From NCBI GenBank assembly GCA_963765165.1, contig CAVXVQ010000026.1:85636-149635 (forward strand): DNA of 64,000 nt. Direction: 5' to 3'. Origin of the DNA: an uncultured Alphaproteobacteria bacterium. Lineage in GTDB: Bacteria > Pseudomonadota > Alphaproteobacteria > Caulobacterales > Parvularculaceae. This document shows, in pieces, positions 33,951 to 45,127 of the stretch; the stretch's first letter is position 1, and every line of letters starts with the position of its first letter. A program made the translations under genes and the position numbers. The notes below the pieces were generated by a model. It was not told where the DNA came from. It did not search any database and saw nothing but the letters and a program-made list of their open reading frames with translations.

Positions 33951-34222
33951 CCGGCGGTAAGTTCCGCCTCCTTGTCTTTTTCTTTTTTCGGTTTTTCTTC
34001 GCGCCGCTTAATCTTGCGATGAGGCCCGTGATAATCCTCGACGCCTTCGGCGAGCGCAAAACACGCGAGTCGCACCGAGCGCGGAATTTCAACGGCGTCG
34101 CCGTCGCGTTCGCCCTTCTCGTAATACTAAATCATCCGTCGTTTGAGGCCGAGGGCGTGCGCCGCTTCCTTCTGCGAGAATTTCTGCGACTTGCGCCATT
34201 TCTTGAAGTCAGCCGGCTCCAT
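33947..34222 (-). pseudogene. XRE-family HTH regulator with an internal TAG at 34127-34129
   Basis: Manual translation: MEPADFKKWRKSQKFSQKEAAHALGLKRRMI*YYEKGERDGDAVEIPRSVRLACFALAEG...; absent from the ORF track because of the stop. Confidence 0.75.
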
Positions 34223-34479
34223 TGCGCACCTGTTGCGTCACGCCCCCATCGGCGCGTGAAATCACCCTATTGGCCGCGTGTAACAGCGGTTTGACAAATC
34301 GAAGAAAGTTCTGCGTCACTCGGGCGTTCCCGAAAAGTGCGGGCGGTTTTCGGGCCGGACCGCGCGGCGACAAAGGAGTCAAGGCCGCATTCCGCAACCT
34401 GGCCGCAACCTGGCCGCGACCTGGCGTCCATAAACGTCATCCGGGGGCTTCAAAATTAAGCGATTAGTCCCTACGTTGG

Positions 34480-34800
34480 TGGCGCCGGCTTGCCGGCTAT
34501 GGCGATAAACGGCCCGTGCAATAAGCGGTTCGGACCCGGGGGCGGTACCCGGCGGCTCCACCAAAGTCTCCTCAGGCGGGGATTTCGGCGGGGCCGAAAC
34601 AGGATCGACGGACGTGTAAAGACGACGCTTTCGCCCGGATGGTCTCCGTTATTGGACCAACCTTGATAGTTGCCAATGACAACTCTCGGGAAGAGTTCGC
34701 TCTCGCCGCGTAAGCGGCTGAGCTGCTCAAATGCTAAGTCCTGACCTCTTCCAAGGTCAGGCGGGGCCCCCCGGCGCCTGGCAACAGAAGCCGGGGACTT
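34480..34800 (+). ncRNA. ssrA: Two-piece (permuted) alphaproteobacterial tmRNA; ends approximate
   Basis: Segment ending GGCTCCACCA (34563), intervening segment, GGGGCCGAAACAGGATCGAC at 34590, tag ORF ANDNSREEFALAA* at 34672-34713. Confidence 0.95.
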
Positions 34801-35068
34801 TATTTTCAACAATTGAAGGCGCCGGGCTTTTCGATTGTCGGCTTCGCCGACGGGAGCACCTGGCAACAGAAGCCGGGGGCTGTTCCCAACAACCGTTCAA
34901 TTCGACGCGGGCGATTTCGCCAGCGCCGGCGCCCTCTCGCCAGTCCGGGCGGGCCAATAGCGCCGACCAACGGGTTGAGCCAGCGACAAATCCTGACCCA
35001 TGGCCTCCTTCGTATCAGGCGGAGCCGGATGCATTTCGCCCCGGCTTGGGCTACATGCGATATCGGGG

Positions 35069-35578
35069 ATGACGGCGGGGGAACATGCCGTCGATGGGGT
35101 GACTGGCGAGGATCGCTTGAAAGACGTCGAGATCGATTACGATTTCCTGACCCAGCAGGCGTTGAAGCAGGTCGTGCGCGACGTGCTTTTGATGACGGAA
35201 GAGCTTGGCGCTGCTCCGGGCGACCATCATTTCTATGTCGAGTTCGACACACAGGCCGAAGGCGTCACGATCGCGGATCATCTGCTGACGACCTATCCCG
35301 CGCGGATGACGATCGTTCTCCAGCACCAGTTCGACGACCTTGAAGTGCGCGAGACGGACTTTTCGGTGACGCTCTGGTTCAAGGGCGTTCAGGCGCGCCT
35401 TACCGTTCCGTTCGAAGCGGTGACAAGTTTTGCCGATCCGAGCGTGCAGTTCGGCCTGCGCTTTGACGCGGCCGCGGAAGCGGCAAAGCCAAAGCCCGAA
35501 GCGAGCGTAAAGCCGATCCGCGAGGAGGAGGCTCCATCAGGCGCCGTGCTGCAGCTCGACGCGTTCAGGAAGAAGTAG
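35069..35578 (+). CDS. sspB: ClpXP adaptor SspB (alpha type)
   Basis: [24 protein letters not shown]-terminal LDAFRKK; adjacent to ssrA. Confidence 0.93.
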   Translation: MTAGEHAVDGVTGEDRLKDVEIDYDFLTQQALKQVVRDVLLMTEELGAAPGDHHFYVEFDTQAEGVTIADHLLTTYPARMTIVLQHQFDDLEVRETDFSVTLWFKGVQARLTVPFEAVTSFADPSVQFGLRFDAAAEAAKPKPEASVKPIREEEAPSGAVLQLDAFRKK

Positions 35579-35585
35579 GCGGCCG

Positions 35586-37084
35586 TTACTGGATGAGATC
35601 GCCCGGCGCCTCGTCTTCGGGGGCGCGCGTTTCAAGCCGCAACAATTCCGCATGGTCGCCGGCGCCCGCTGCGTCGAGCAGCGGCTTCGGCAAAGATTTC
35701 GCCGTCGTTGCGCCCAGGGCTTTCAGCAATTCGGTCTGGCGCACGAGATTGCCGGCGCCGGTCGACAGCTTTTTCATTGCTTCCTGATAGGCGGCGTCGA
35801 GCTGGCCGAGCCGCCCTCCGATTGTCTGCATGTCGCCGGCAAAACCGACGAACTTGTCATAAAGCCCGCCAGCGCGCGACGCGATGTCTTCGGCATGCTG
35901 ATGCTGGCGCTCGACCCGCCACATGGCCGCAACCGTCTTCAATTGCGTCGTCAGCGTCGTCGGCGTCGCAATCGCAACCTTGTTGTCGAGCGCATCGAGG
36001 CTCAGCAACTCGTCAGCCTTGAGCGCCGCGCCGAGCGCGGCTTCAATCGGCACGAACATGATGACGAAATCGAGCCGCGTGCCGACGCGCGACTGATATT
36101 CTTTCGACGCCAACCCCTTCATGTGATTGCGCATCGAGCGCGCGTGGGCGGCAAGACGCAGTCCTCGCGCCTCCTCATCGCTCTCATTCACATAGGCTTC
36201 AAAATCAGCGAGCGAGACCTTCGAATCGATGATGAGGCGTTCTCCCGCCGGCAGGTTGACGATATAATCGGTGCGCGCGCGTCCATCCTCGCCAATGAAA
36301 CTCTCCTGACGGGAATACTCAACGCCGTCACGCAAGCCGAGGCGCTGAAGGATCGTGTCGACGATCATCTCGCCCCACGCGCCCTGCATCTGCACGTCGC
36401 CCTTGAGTGCGCGGGTCAGGTTCTCGGCTTCTTTCGAAACGGCGGCGGACTGGCGGCCGAGCTGTTCGAGCTGTTCTTTCAGCGATCCGTGCTGCGTCGC
36501 GCTTTGCGTGTGGGCGTCGCCAAGAGTTTTTTTGAAAGTGTCGATGTCGTTTTTCAGCGGGGCGAGAAGATTTCCAATCTGCTCGGAGTTCTGCGCCTTG
36601 AAGGTCGCGCTGTGCGTTTCCAGAAGCGCATTCGCCGTCTCGCCGAAGGACTGGCGCATCTGGTCCTTGGCTTCTTTCAGGTCGGCGATCTGACGCTCGA
36701 GGCCCTTGGCCTCCGCGCGCTCGCGCTCGAGCATGCGTTCGATGCCGCCTTTTTCCTCGCGCAGCGCCCGCAACTCCTCCGCGCCGCGACCGACATCGCC
36801 GAGCAGCGCCGCGATACGCTCCTTGGCGCTTGCGGCGTCGGCGGCGAGCGCCGACGTCTCGCGCCCAAGCCTATCGACCTCAGATCGAGCGGTCGCGAGT
36901 TCAGACTGAGCGGCGTCGGCGGCCCTCGCGCGTTCTTCGTCCGGGCGAGCGCGGCGACAGTTTTTGATCGCGAGCGTTCCGCGCGGAAGGCGAGCCACCC
37001 CGCCAGCGCGAGAAGGCAGAGCGCGGCGATCAACGCGGCGGCGAGGACGATTTCGAGCGCAGCGCCCGGCGCGGCTTCGGCCAT
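35586..37084 (-). CDS. rmuC: DNA recombination protein RmuC (frameshift near 36950)
   Basis: N-terminal TM, coiled coil, [23 protein letters not shown]. Confidence 0.92.
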
Positions 37085-37202
37085 GACGACTCTCCCATGG
37101 AGAACAAACAATGAACCTGCCGTCGCGCCGACCCATGAAGTCAAGCGCCTGTTCAAAGCGCCCCATATCTCCTATGCCGCGCGCAAATCTCTCGAGGCCG
37201 CC

Positions 37203-38592
37203 ATGAAAAAGACCCGCACCGAAACCGACAGCTTCGGCCCCGTAGAGGTCGATGCGACGCGCTATTGGGGGGCGCAGGCCGAACGCTCTCTCGGCAACTT
37301 CAAGATCGGCTCTGAAAAGCAGCCTCCCGCCATCATCCGCGCGCTCGGGATCGTCAAGCGCGCCGCGCGCGGAAACCAACATGGCGATGGGGCGGCTCGA
37401 TCCGAAAATCGGCGAGACGATCGTCAAGGCGGCGCAGGAAGTCATCGAAGGAAAGCTCGACGCGCATTTCCCGCTCGTCGTCTGGCAGACGGGTTCGGGC
37501 ACCCAGTCGAACATGAACGCCAACGAAGTCATCTCGAACCGCGCGATCGAAATGCTGGGCGGAGAGATGGGCTCGAAGAAGCCCGTCCATCCGAACGATC
37601 ATGTCAATATGAGCCAGTCGTCGAACGACACCTTCCCGACGGCGATGCACATCGCCTGCGCGGAGGAGATCGATCACCGCCTCCTCCCGGCGCTTCAAAA
37701 ACTCCGCAATGCGCTGAACGACAAGGCCGAGGCGTGGAAGTCGATCATCAAGATCGGTCGGACGCACACGCAGGACGCAACGCCGCTGACCTTGGGTCAG
37801 GAGTTTTCGGGCTACGCCAAGCAGGTCGAGAACGGGATCAAACGCATCGAGCAGACGATGCCGGCGCTGATGGAGCTTGCGCAGGGCGGAACCGCCGTCG
37901 GCACCGGTCTTAACGCGCCGGTAGGCTTTGCCGAGAAAGTCGCCGAACGCATCGCCGCGATCACGCAGATGAAATTCACGACGGCGCCGAACAAGTTCGA
38001 AGCGCTCGCCGCGCATGACGCGATGGTGATGAGCCACGGCGCGATCACGACGGTCGCGGCCTCGCTCTTCAAGATCGCGAACGACATCCGTTTCCTCGGC
38101 TCGGGCCCGCGCGCCGGGCTTGGCGAATTGTCGCTTCCCGAGAACGAGCCGGGCTCCTCGATCATGCCGGGGAAAGTAAACCCGACGCAGTGCGAGGCGA
38201 TGACGCAGGTCTGCGCGCATATCATGGGCAACAACGCGGCGATCGTCTTCGCCGGGAGCCAGGGCCATTTCGAGCTCAACGTCTTCAACCCGATGATGGC
38301 CTACAATTTCCTGCAGTCGGTGCGGCTGATGGCGGACGCCGCCGTCTCCTTCGCCGACAATTGCGTCGTCGGGATCGAGCCGCGCCTCGACAACATCAAG
38401 GACGGCGTCGAGCGCTCGTTGATGCTCGTCACGGCGCTCGCGCCGAAATACGGCTACGACCGCGCGGCGAAGATCGCCAAGGCCGCCCACAAGAACGGCA
38501 CGACGCTCCGCGAAGAAGCGATCAAGGACGGCATCCCCGCCGCCGATTATGACGCGATCGTCAGGCCTGAGAAGATGATCGGGCCGGGCTGA
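37203..38592 (+). CDS. fumC: Class II fumarate hydratase (frameshift near 37370)
   Basis: [35 protein letters not shown]. Confidence 0.97.
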
Positions 38593-38687
38593 GGCCGATC
38601 CCCCGGGGAACCTTTCGCGGACCGCCTGCGTTTGTCATGAGGGCGGGATTCAGCGCCCGAATGCTGCAATTTTGGAAGGGGCCTTCA

Positions 38688-39251
38688 ATGAAAACACAGA
38701 TTTTGATGACCGTCGCAGCCGCCGCGGCGGCTTTTGGCGTCGCGGCTTGCGCCACCGCGACCGCGCCCGCGTCGACCGACGCCCAAGTGAGTGAGACCGT
38801 CCAGAGCGACAAAAACGTTGACGCGCTGAATTCGCTGGCGTCGATCGCAATCGACGCCGAGGCGCTTTATCGCGAGTTGGCGCAGATCGTCGACAATGCC
38901 GACCTCAAGGCGGAGCTGCTGTTCCTCGCCGGGGAGCGCGCCAAACTCGCGGCGGCCCTCCAGACCAAGGTCGCGGCCATGGGCGGCGTTCCCGCAGAAG
39001 CCGGCCAGGCGCTCGGCTTCGGGCACCGCATCTTCACCGATATGCGAAGCGCTTTTGAAAATGACGAGAAAGTCGCGGCGAGCGAAGTGCTGCGCGGCGA
39101 GCAGTATCTCGTCGATAAAATGAACGAGGCGATCAGCGACGCGGCGCTTGGCGCGGAAACCACGGCCGCAGTCAGCGCCGCCCTGCCCGGAGTCGAAGCC
39201 GACCGCGATCGGGTCTTGCAACTCGCACGCAAATTCGGCGCCGATGTTTGA
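38688..39251 (+). CDS. PA2169/DUF2383 four-helix-bundle protein with lipoprotein signal
   Basis: VAAC lipobox, HRIFTDMRS...EVLRGEQY. Confidence 0.75.
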   Translation: MKTQILMTVAAAAAAFGVAACATATAPASTDAQVSETVQSDKNVDALNSLASIAIDAEALYRELAQIVDNADLKAELLFLAGERAKLAAALQTKVAAMGGVPAEAGQALGFGHRIFTDMRSAFENDEKVAASEVLRGEQYLVDKMNEAISDAALGAETTAAVSAALPGVEADRDRVLQLARKFGADV

Positions 39252-39375
39252 GGCCTGAAGGCCGGACACGGAAGGCGCGGCTGCGCTCCAGCCGCAACCG
39301 ATCGACGCCTTGGTTCATCGTGTCCGCCTTCACGCGGGATATGGAGCGATTTTTGGCGCGGTGTTCGGAAAAGAG

Positions 39376-39993
39376 ATGAGCGTCAACGGCGTTGCAAAAG
39401 ACTTTCCCGTCGTTTGCGTCGGCGGCTCGGCCGGCGGCCTCGACGCCTATATCCGTTTATTGCAAAATCTGCCGGCGGATTTGGGCGTCGCCGTCGTGAT
39501 CGTCAATCACCTGCGGATCGTAGACACGACGCTCCACGAAATACTCCCCCGCTATACGAAAATGCCGGTCGAACTGATCACGGAACGACTGGTGATCGAA
39601 CCCAATCATGTGTTCATCATCCCGCCACAGCGTGACTTGCACGTTTTCGACGGTGAGTTCCGCCTCAAGCCCATTTCAAAGCCCAGGGGATGGCCCGACG
39701 TGATTACCGTCTTCCTGCGTTCCCTGACCGAGCACTGGGACGGCAGACTGATCGCCGTCATCGTCTCCGGCTATGACGGCGACGGCGCGGCCGCCCTTTG
39801 CGGCATAAGAGAAGTCGGCGGCATCACCATCGCGCAGAGGCTTGATACGGCTGCGGAGCCGGACATGCCCGAAAGCGCCATCGAGAGCGGGTGCATCGAT
39901 TTTGTCCTGTCACCCGAGGATATTGCTGAAGCAATCAAGAAAATCGCAAAGTCGAGCGCCGCCGTCGGACGCGTCAAGGCGGCGAGCGGGTGA
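39376..39993 (+). CDS. Stand-alone CheB methylesterase-domain protein
   Basis: GGSAGG, VNHL, SG..GDGA, DMPESAI. Confidence 0.9.
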   Translation: MSVNGVAKDFPVVCVGGSAGGLDAYIRLLQNLPADLGVAVVIVNHLRIVDTTLHEILPRYTKMPVELITERLVIEPNHVFIIPPQRDLHVFDGEFRLKPISKPRGWPDVITVFLRSLTEHWDGRLIAVIVSGYDGDGAAALCGIREVGGITIAQRLDTAAEPDMPESAIESGCIDFVLSPEDIAEAIKKIAKSSAAVGRVKAASG

Positions 39994-40187
39994 GGCCCCA
40001 TCCGGACCTCCGCCCCGGCCAACGCAGCCGCAAGGCGAAATTCCGACCCCCGCGCAATCGGGCCCGACCCGCGCGTCAACCTTGCTGCAGGCGTCGCTTG
40101 GACCAGTTCTTGCTGGACAAGGCGCAACGCCGATAGGCATCGTCCCTCGGCTATTCGTCGTCACTGGGTCATTTGGGGTAAACTAGC

Positions 40188-40407
40188 ATGTCCGAAGCAA
40201 AATCGCCGAGCCAGACGCGTCTCGTTCTGGCGCAATTCCTTTTCGCGAACGGCATCGACATCGAGGCGCTCTACAAGGCGCTGCGGCGCCGAACTCGCCG
40301 ATTGCGATGCCGAAGCCGTGTCGCACATGGCCGGCATCATCGACGGCGTCACCATGGCGACGCAGAAGATCAAGGCCCACGGCCTCGACAACTGGACCCG
40401 CGGCTAA
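40188..40407 (+). CDS. Small hypothetical protein (frameshift near 40283)
   Basis: MSEAKSPSQTRLVLAQFLFANGIDIEALYKAL joined to GAELADCDAEAVSHMAGIIDGV...NWTRG*; typical codon usage. Confidence 0.6.
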
Positions 40408-40419
40408 GAGCCTTCCCGG

Positions 40420-42011
40420 TCAGGATTTTTCCGCGACGACGATCCCGCCATAGGGCGGAAGGATCGCCGTCGCGCCGTCCGTCGTTCCCGGTAGTCCGTA
40501 GGCCAATGGTTGCCCCGCGCCCGCAGGGAGGTCGAACGTCGATCCGGCCCCGCCGAGATTGAAGAGGCATAGAAGGCTTTCGCCGCCATGGCGGCGGCGA
40601 AACGCGACGACGGGCTCCTCCGCGTCAAGAAATTCGATCGTCCCCAAACGGAGCGCCGCGTGCGCGCGGCGGAACGCGATGAAGCCGCGCGCAAGGGTCA
40701 GCGTCGAGCGCAGATCTTTCTCCTGCGCATCGACAGCGAGCGGAAGGTGGCGCGGATCGACCGGAAGCCAGGGCTCGACGGAGGAAAATCCCGCATTCGG
40801 CGCGCGCCGATTTCCACGGCATCGGCGTCCGGCATCCGTCGCGGCCGAGACTGTCCGGCCAGAAACGAATTCCCTCGGGATCCTTGAGACGGTCGAAGGG
40901 AACGTCCGCTTGCGGAAGACCCAATTCCTCGCCCTGATAGAGAAAGATCGTGCCCCGAAGGCACATCAGCATCCCGAGCAGCATTTGCGCGAATTCAGCG
41001 CCGGCGTCCTTGCCGCCCCAGCGCGTCGCGGCGCGAACGACGTCGTGGTTGGAAAACGACCAGCTCGGCCACGCGCTCTCGCTCTGTCCAGCTTTCGATC
41101 GCGGAGCGGATGAAGCGCGCCGAGAGCGGGCCATTCTCGAGCAGAAAGAGGAAATTATACGCGGTGTGAAGCCGTCCCGGCGCGCAATACTCGGCGCTCC
41201 GTTCTGCGTAGGGATCGCTGACGATTTCCGCGACCGACATCCGGTCCGGATAATTGTCGAGCAGTCGGCGCAGCTCCTCCATGAAGCCAAGCGTTTCCGG
41301 CTGCGAGCGGTCGTGGAGATGGCGCTGGTGCTGATAGGGACGCGCGAAGCCGCCGCCTTTTGTGCTTCGGCGGATTGTCGCGGAGCCGTAGGTCGCAATA
41401 GAAGAAATTCGCGACATCGAGACGAAAGCCGTCGACGCCGCGGTCGAGCCAGAATTTCGCAACATCGAGAATGTTCGCGGCGGACGTCCGCATTGTGGAA
41501 ATTGAGATCGGGCTGCTCGGCGAGAAAATTGTGCAGGTAGTATTGCCGCCGGCGCGTGTCCCATGCCCAGGCCTGACCGCCGAAAATAGAGATCCAGTTG
41601 TTCGGCGGGCCGCCGTCCGTCCTTCGCGTCGGCCCAGACATACCAGTCCGCTTTCTTGTCGCGGGCGCGGCGGCTCTCTTTGAACCAGGGATGCTGGTCC
41701 GACGTGTGCGAATAAACCTGGTCGATGACGACTTTGAGCGATCGCGGCGCGCGCGGCGGAAAGAAGCCGTCGAAATCGGCGAGCGAGCCGAAGATCGGAT
41801 CGACGTCGCGATAATCGGAGACGTCATAGCCGAAATCGCGCATCGGCGATCTGAAGAACGGCGACAGCCAGACGCCGTCGACGCCGAGGCTCTTCACATA
41901 GTCGAGCTTCGACGAAACGCCCCGGAGATCGCCGACGCCGTCATCATCGCTGTCTGAAAAGCTGCGCGGATAAATCTGGTAAATGACGGCGCCGCGCCAC
42001 CATTCGGTCAT
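40420..42011 (-). CDS. GH13 alpha-glucosidase (multiple frameshifts)
   Basis: [44 protein letters not shown]. Confidence 0.93.
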
Positions 42012-42032
42012 CGAAGCGCTCCCGCCGCCGAT

Positions 42033-42548
42033 TTACTCCGCAGGCGGACCATCTTCCGGAGGCGGTCCCGCCGGGGTCCCTTCAGGCTTGTCGTCCCGCC
42101 GCCCGCCTCGCTTCAGGCGCTTTTCAAGATGGCGCGCGAGCGTCTTCCTGTCTTCGAGCGAAAGCCCTTCCGCCGCTTCGATCATGATTCGCGCCATGTC
42201 GCTTCGGAACGAGGCGTCGAGCGCTTCGAATTTCGCGGCGACCGTTTCCGCCGCCGCGCGATCGAAGGTCTCAGCGGTGATCACATCGATGAGCTCGCGA
42301 TGAAGCTCGCGCATCTCGCGCCAGACTTCGGCGTTGTCGTCGCGGTGTTCCTGGAACGCGCGGTGAAGCGCGTCGCGCGCGGCCGGCGACATGTCGTCGT
42401 GATCGCCATGACCGCCGTGGCGCCGCTCGAAGCGCGGCGGTTCGCGGCCGCTTTCCTGGCCCGCGATCTTGCCGGCGAGAAAACCGCCCAGAAAGACGTT
42501 GGCGGCAAGCGAAAGGCCGAGCGCGACCGTCAATCCCCTGTTCACCAC
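42033..42548 (-). CDS. Periplasmic heavy-metal sensor / Spy-CpxP-like protein
   Basis: SLAANVFLGG TM, His-rich linker, LSLEDR C-terminal motif. Confidence 0.8.
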   Translation of the reverse strand: MVNRGLTVALGLSLAANVFLGGFLAGKIAGQESGREPPRFERRHGGHGDHDDMSPAARDALHRAFQEHRDDNAEVWREMRELHRELIDVITAETFDRAAAETVAAKFEALDASFRSDMARIMIEAAEGLSLEDRKTLARHLEKRLKRGGRRDDKPEGTPAGPPPEDGPPAE

Positions 42549-42913
42549 TCGCTCTCCATGGAATAGCTGAAGGACTCGTCGAGCGCGGCGATAAGCTCTT
42601 CATCTGCGCCGCCGCCTGTCGCCGATACGCCGGCGATGAAGCCGACCACGCACAGGGCGGCGAGGATCCCCGCCGGCGCCAGCGGCCGGCCGAGCGGGCG
42701 CCACCCGAACGCTTCGGCGAAAGACGAGAGCGAGAGGCGGGTGCGGCGCCGGCGCTGGAAATCGTCGAAGCCGGCGAGCAGGCGCTGGCGGTAATCCGGG
42801 CCGAGCGCTTCGTCGAGCACACGGTCCTGTTCGCGCCAGTCGGCGATTACGGCGTCGACGATCGCGCGCGCCGCGTCGTCGGTCTCGATTTCTTTTCTTT
42901 GGTCGTTGGTCAT
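42542..42913 (-). CDS. Putative membrane anti-sigma factor
   Basis: Single C-terminal TM, directly downstream of the ECF sigma gene. Confidence 0.6.
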   Translation of the reverse strand: MTNDQRKEIETDDAARAIVDAVIADWREQDRVLDEALGPDYRQRLLAGFDDFQRRRRTRLSLSSFAEAFGWRPLGRPLAPAGILAALCVVGFIAGVSATGGGADEELIAALDESFSYSMESEW

Positions 42914-43482
42914 TCGGCCCCCTCCATCAATTCCTCTCGACGCGCCGACAGCGCGTCCTTGAGGCTTTGTTTTGCCCGCGACAGCAGTGATTCGACCGCT
43001 TCGACGCTGATCGACATCGCCGCCGCGGCCTCGATATTCGACATCTCCTGATAATGGCGCAGCGTCATGGCGATCCTCTGGCGCTCCGGCAGCGTCGCGA
43101 GAGCGGCGCGCACGGCGCGCGCGCGATCATCGACCACGAGCCTGTCGACCGCCGACATGGCGCCGTCCGCAAGCTCGGCGGCGGCTTCCTCCGGCGCGTC
43201 GCGCTTTCGCCGCCGGATACGGTCGAAACAGGCGTTGCTCGCGACCCGATAAAGCCATGTTTCAAGGCGAGCGCCCCGAGGCTCCCAGCGCGCGGCGTTC
43301 TCCCAAAGCTTGAGGAACGTCTCTTGCGCCGCGTCTTCGGCGCCCGCGCGATCGAACAGAATTCGGCGGCAAAGGGCATGCACCCTCGACGAATGTCGAG
43401 CGATGACGATCGCGGCTGCGGACCGGTCGCCCCGGCCCGCGCGCGCGACAAGCGCTTCGTCGCTTTCGTCATCATCCGACAA
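42910..43482 (-). CDS. ECF RNA polymerase sigma factor
   Basis: AEDAAQETFLKLW, TWLYRVASNACFD, LPERQR..VESLLSRA. Confidence 0.93.
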   Translation of the reverse strand: MSDDDESDEALVARAGRGDRSAAAIVIARHSSRVHALCRRILFDRAGAEDAAQETFLKLWENAARWEPRGARLETWLYRVASNACFDRIRRRKRDAPEEAAAELADGAMSAVDRLVVDDRARAVRAALATLPERQRIAMTLRHYQEMSNIEAAAAMSISVEAVESLLSRAKQSLKDALSARREELMEGAE

Positions 43483-43512
43483 ACGGTCGCCCGTTCTCTG
43501 GTATTGGCGCCT

Positions 43513-43923
43513 TTAATCTTCATCCCGGTCATGATGGCGCATGCCGCGATGATGGTCCGACATTTCGTCCGTTGTAAGCAAGCCGTCGCCATTCTTGTCG
43601 AGGTCGGCGAAGCGCGTCCGGGCGGCGTCCTCGAATTCGCGGCGGTCGACGGAGCCGTTCTTGTCGGCGTCCGGGAAACGCCGGGCTTCGTGGTCGGCCA
43701 TGCGGGTCTCGTGCATCGCCTTCATTTCAGCTTCGGTGATGAAGCCGTCGCCGTCCTTGTCGGCCTTGGCGATGAACTCCTTGTGGCGGGTGTCGAGGTC
43801 GGCGATCGCGACCTTGCCGTCGCCGTCCTTGTCGAAGCGGCTGAAATAGTCCTTCGAACCTCCGGCGTAGGCGACGGCGACAAGGGCGCCGGCGGCGGCG
43901 GTCAAGGCGAGAATGGTCTTCAT
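43513..43923 (-). CDS. Secreted EF-hand protein
   Basis: Signal peptide and four DxD/NxDG loops (DKDGDGK, DKDGDGF, DADKNGS, DKNGDGL); His-rich tail. Confidence 0.9.
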   Translation of the reverse strand: MKTILALTAAAGALVAVAYAGGSKDYFSRFDKDGDGKVAIADLDTRHKEFIAKADKDGDGFITEAEMKAMHETRMADHEARRFPDADKNGSVDRREFEDAARTRFADLDKNGDGLLTTDEMSDHHRGMRHHDRDED

Positions 43924-43972
43924 TTTTTGAGCTCCTTTGAGCGGAAATCGCCCTCTTGAGCCTTTGAACGCC

Positions 43973-45127
43973 TCAGCGGCGGGATTCCGTCGCCATCCTT
44001 GACAATTCTCGGAAGGCGGCCGCGAGCCGGCTTTCCCCGGTGTCGTGAAGATGCGCGCCGGCCCGCTCGCGGGAGGGGAACATGACCTCGAGCGGGCGCC
44101 CGTCGAGGGCGGAGGCGGCGACTTCCGCAAAGGAAAGCGCTCGCCGCAGGCGCGGGGACGAGGCCGACGAGGTGATCCGCCCGACGGTCTCGCCGCGCGC
44201 GACAACGGCGGCGCCCGCCGGGGCGGCGTCGGCGTCGATCGACAAGACGACGAGATAGCGTTCTGGCGGCGGCGCGGTCTTCATCGACTGGCGCCCGTTG
44301 AACCAGGTGCGGTTCGGCGGCGCGAGATGCGGCAAGCCGATTTCATTCGGGCGGCGCCGGTCTTCAGCGCGCGCGCGATCGGCGCTGATGAAATCGGTCC
44401 CAAGCCTTGGCGCGCCGCCTTCGATACGGAGGATCTCGATCGCGTCGAGCCCGGCCAGCGGCAGCGCCCGCTTGCGGCGCAGCCGTTCGAAAACGACGAG
44501 CGCATCCTCGGCGGGATAGATGATTTCGACGCCCGGCGCCGAGCCGATGCTGATCGGCCGGATCGCAAGTTCGACGCCGCGCACGCGCCCTTGCGCCGTT
44601 GCGTCAGCGGAAAGGACGTCGATACCGGCGACCGCCGCGGCGTTGCGCGAGGCGGGACCGATGACGCCGAGCGCGGCGACCATCGCGCCGATATTGCTGA
44701 CGACGACGTCGAAGGAACGCGCGGCGAGCGCGAGCCTGCGGTCGACCGGCGTTCTCGTCGTCAGCAGAAAGAGATCACCGGAAAGCCGCGTCAGGTCGGC
44801 AAAATCGACGACGGCGCCGTCAGCGTCGAGAATGAGGCCGCGCGCGCTTTCGGCAACTCCAAGCTCAAGCACCGGCGTCGTCGTCAGGCGCGCGAGCAAC
44901 GCCGCCGCATCGCGCCCGCGAACGGTGTAGCGGCAGAGAGCGCCGAGATCGACGAGCGCCGCGTCCTCGGACATCGCGCCGTACTCCTCCTCGAGCGACG
45001 TATAAAGCCGCGCGCACGCATAGCCGTTGACCGACGTCCAGCTGTTGGCGGTCGAGAGCGAGGCGGTGGCGGCGTAAAGCGCGCTCGCGCGGGGTTCTTT
45101 CGCATCGTCGGCGGCGGGAAAATTCAT
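43973..45127 (-). CDS. GcvT-family aminomethyltransferase-like protein (divergent)
   Basis: ALVDLG..YTVRGRDAAALL, GLDAIEILRIEGG, VGRITSS..SP. Confidence 0.8.
   Translation of the reverse strand: MNFPAADDAKEPRASALYAATASLSTANSWTSVNGYACARLYTSLEEEYGAMSEDAALVDLGALCRYTVRGRDAAALLARLTTTPVLELGVAESARGLILDADGAVVDFADLTRLSGDLFLLTTRTPVDRRLALAARSFDVVVSNIGAMVAALGVIGPASRNAAAVAGIDVLSADATAQGRVRGVELAIRPISIGSAPGVEIIYPAEDALVVFERLRRKRALPLAGLDAIEILRIEGGAPRLGTDFISADRARAEDRRRPNEIGLPHLAPPNRTWFNGRQSMKTAPPPERYLVVLSIDADAAPAGAAVVARGETVGRITSSASSPRLRRALSFAEVAASALDGRPLEVMFPSRERAGAHLHDTGESRLAAAFRELSRMATESRR

Noticed and set aside
35652-37200. Long antisense ORFs (e.g. 35652..37913, 54970..56580, 20198..21424)
   Set aside because: These are shadow ORFs of high-GC genes with no recognisable motifs, apart from the fumC N-terminus at the end of the first.
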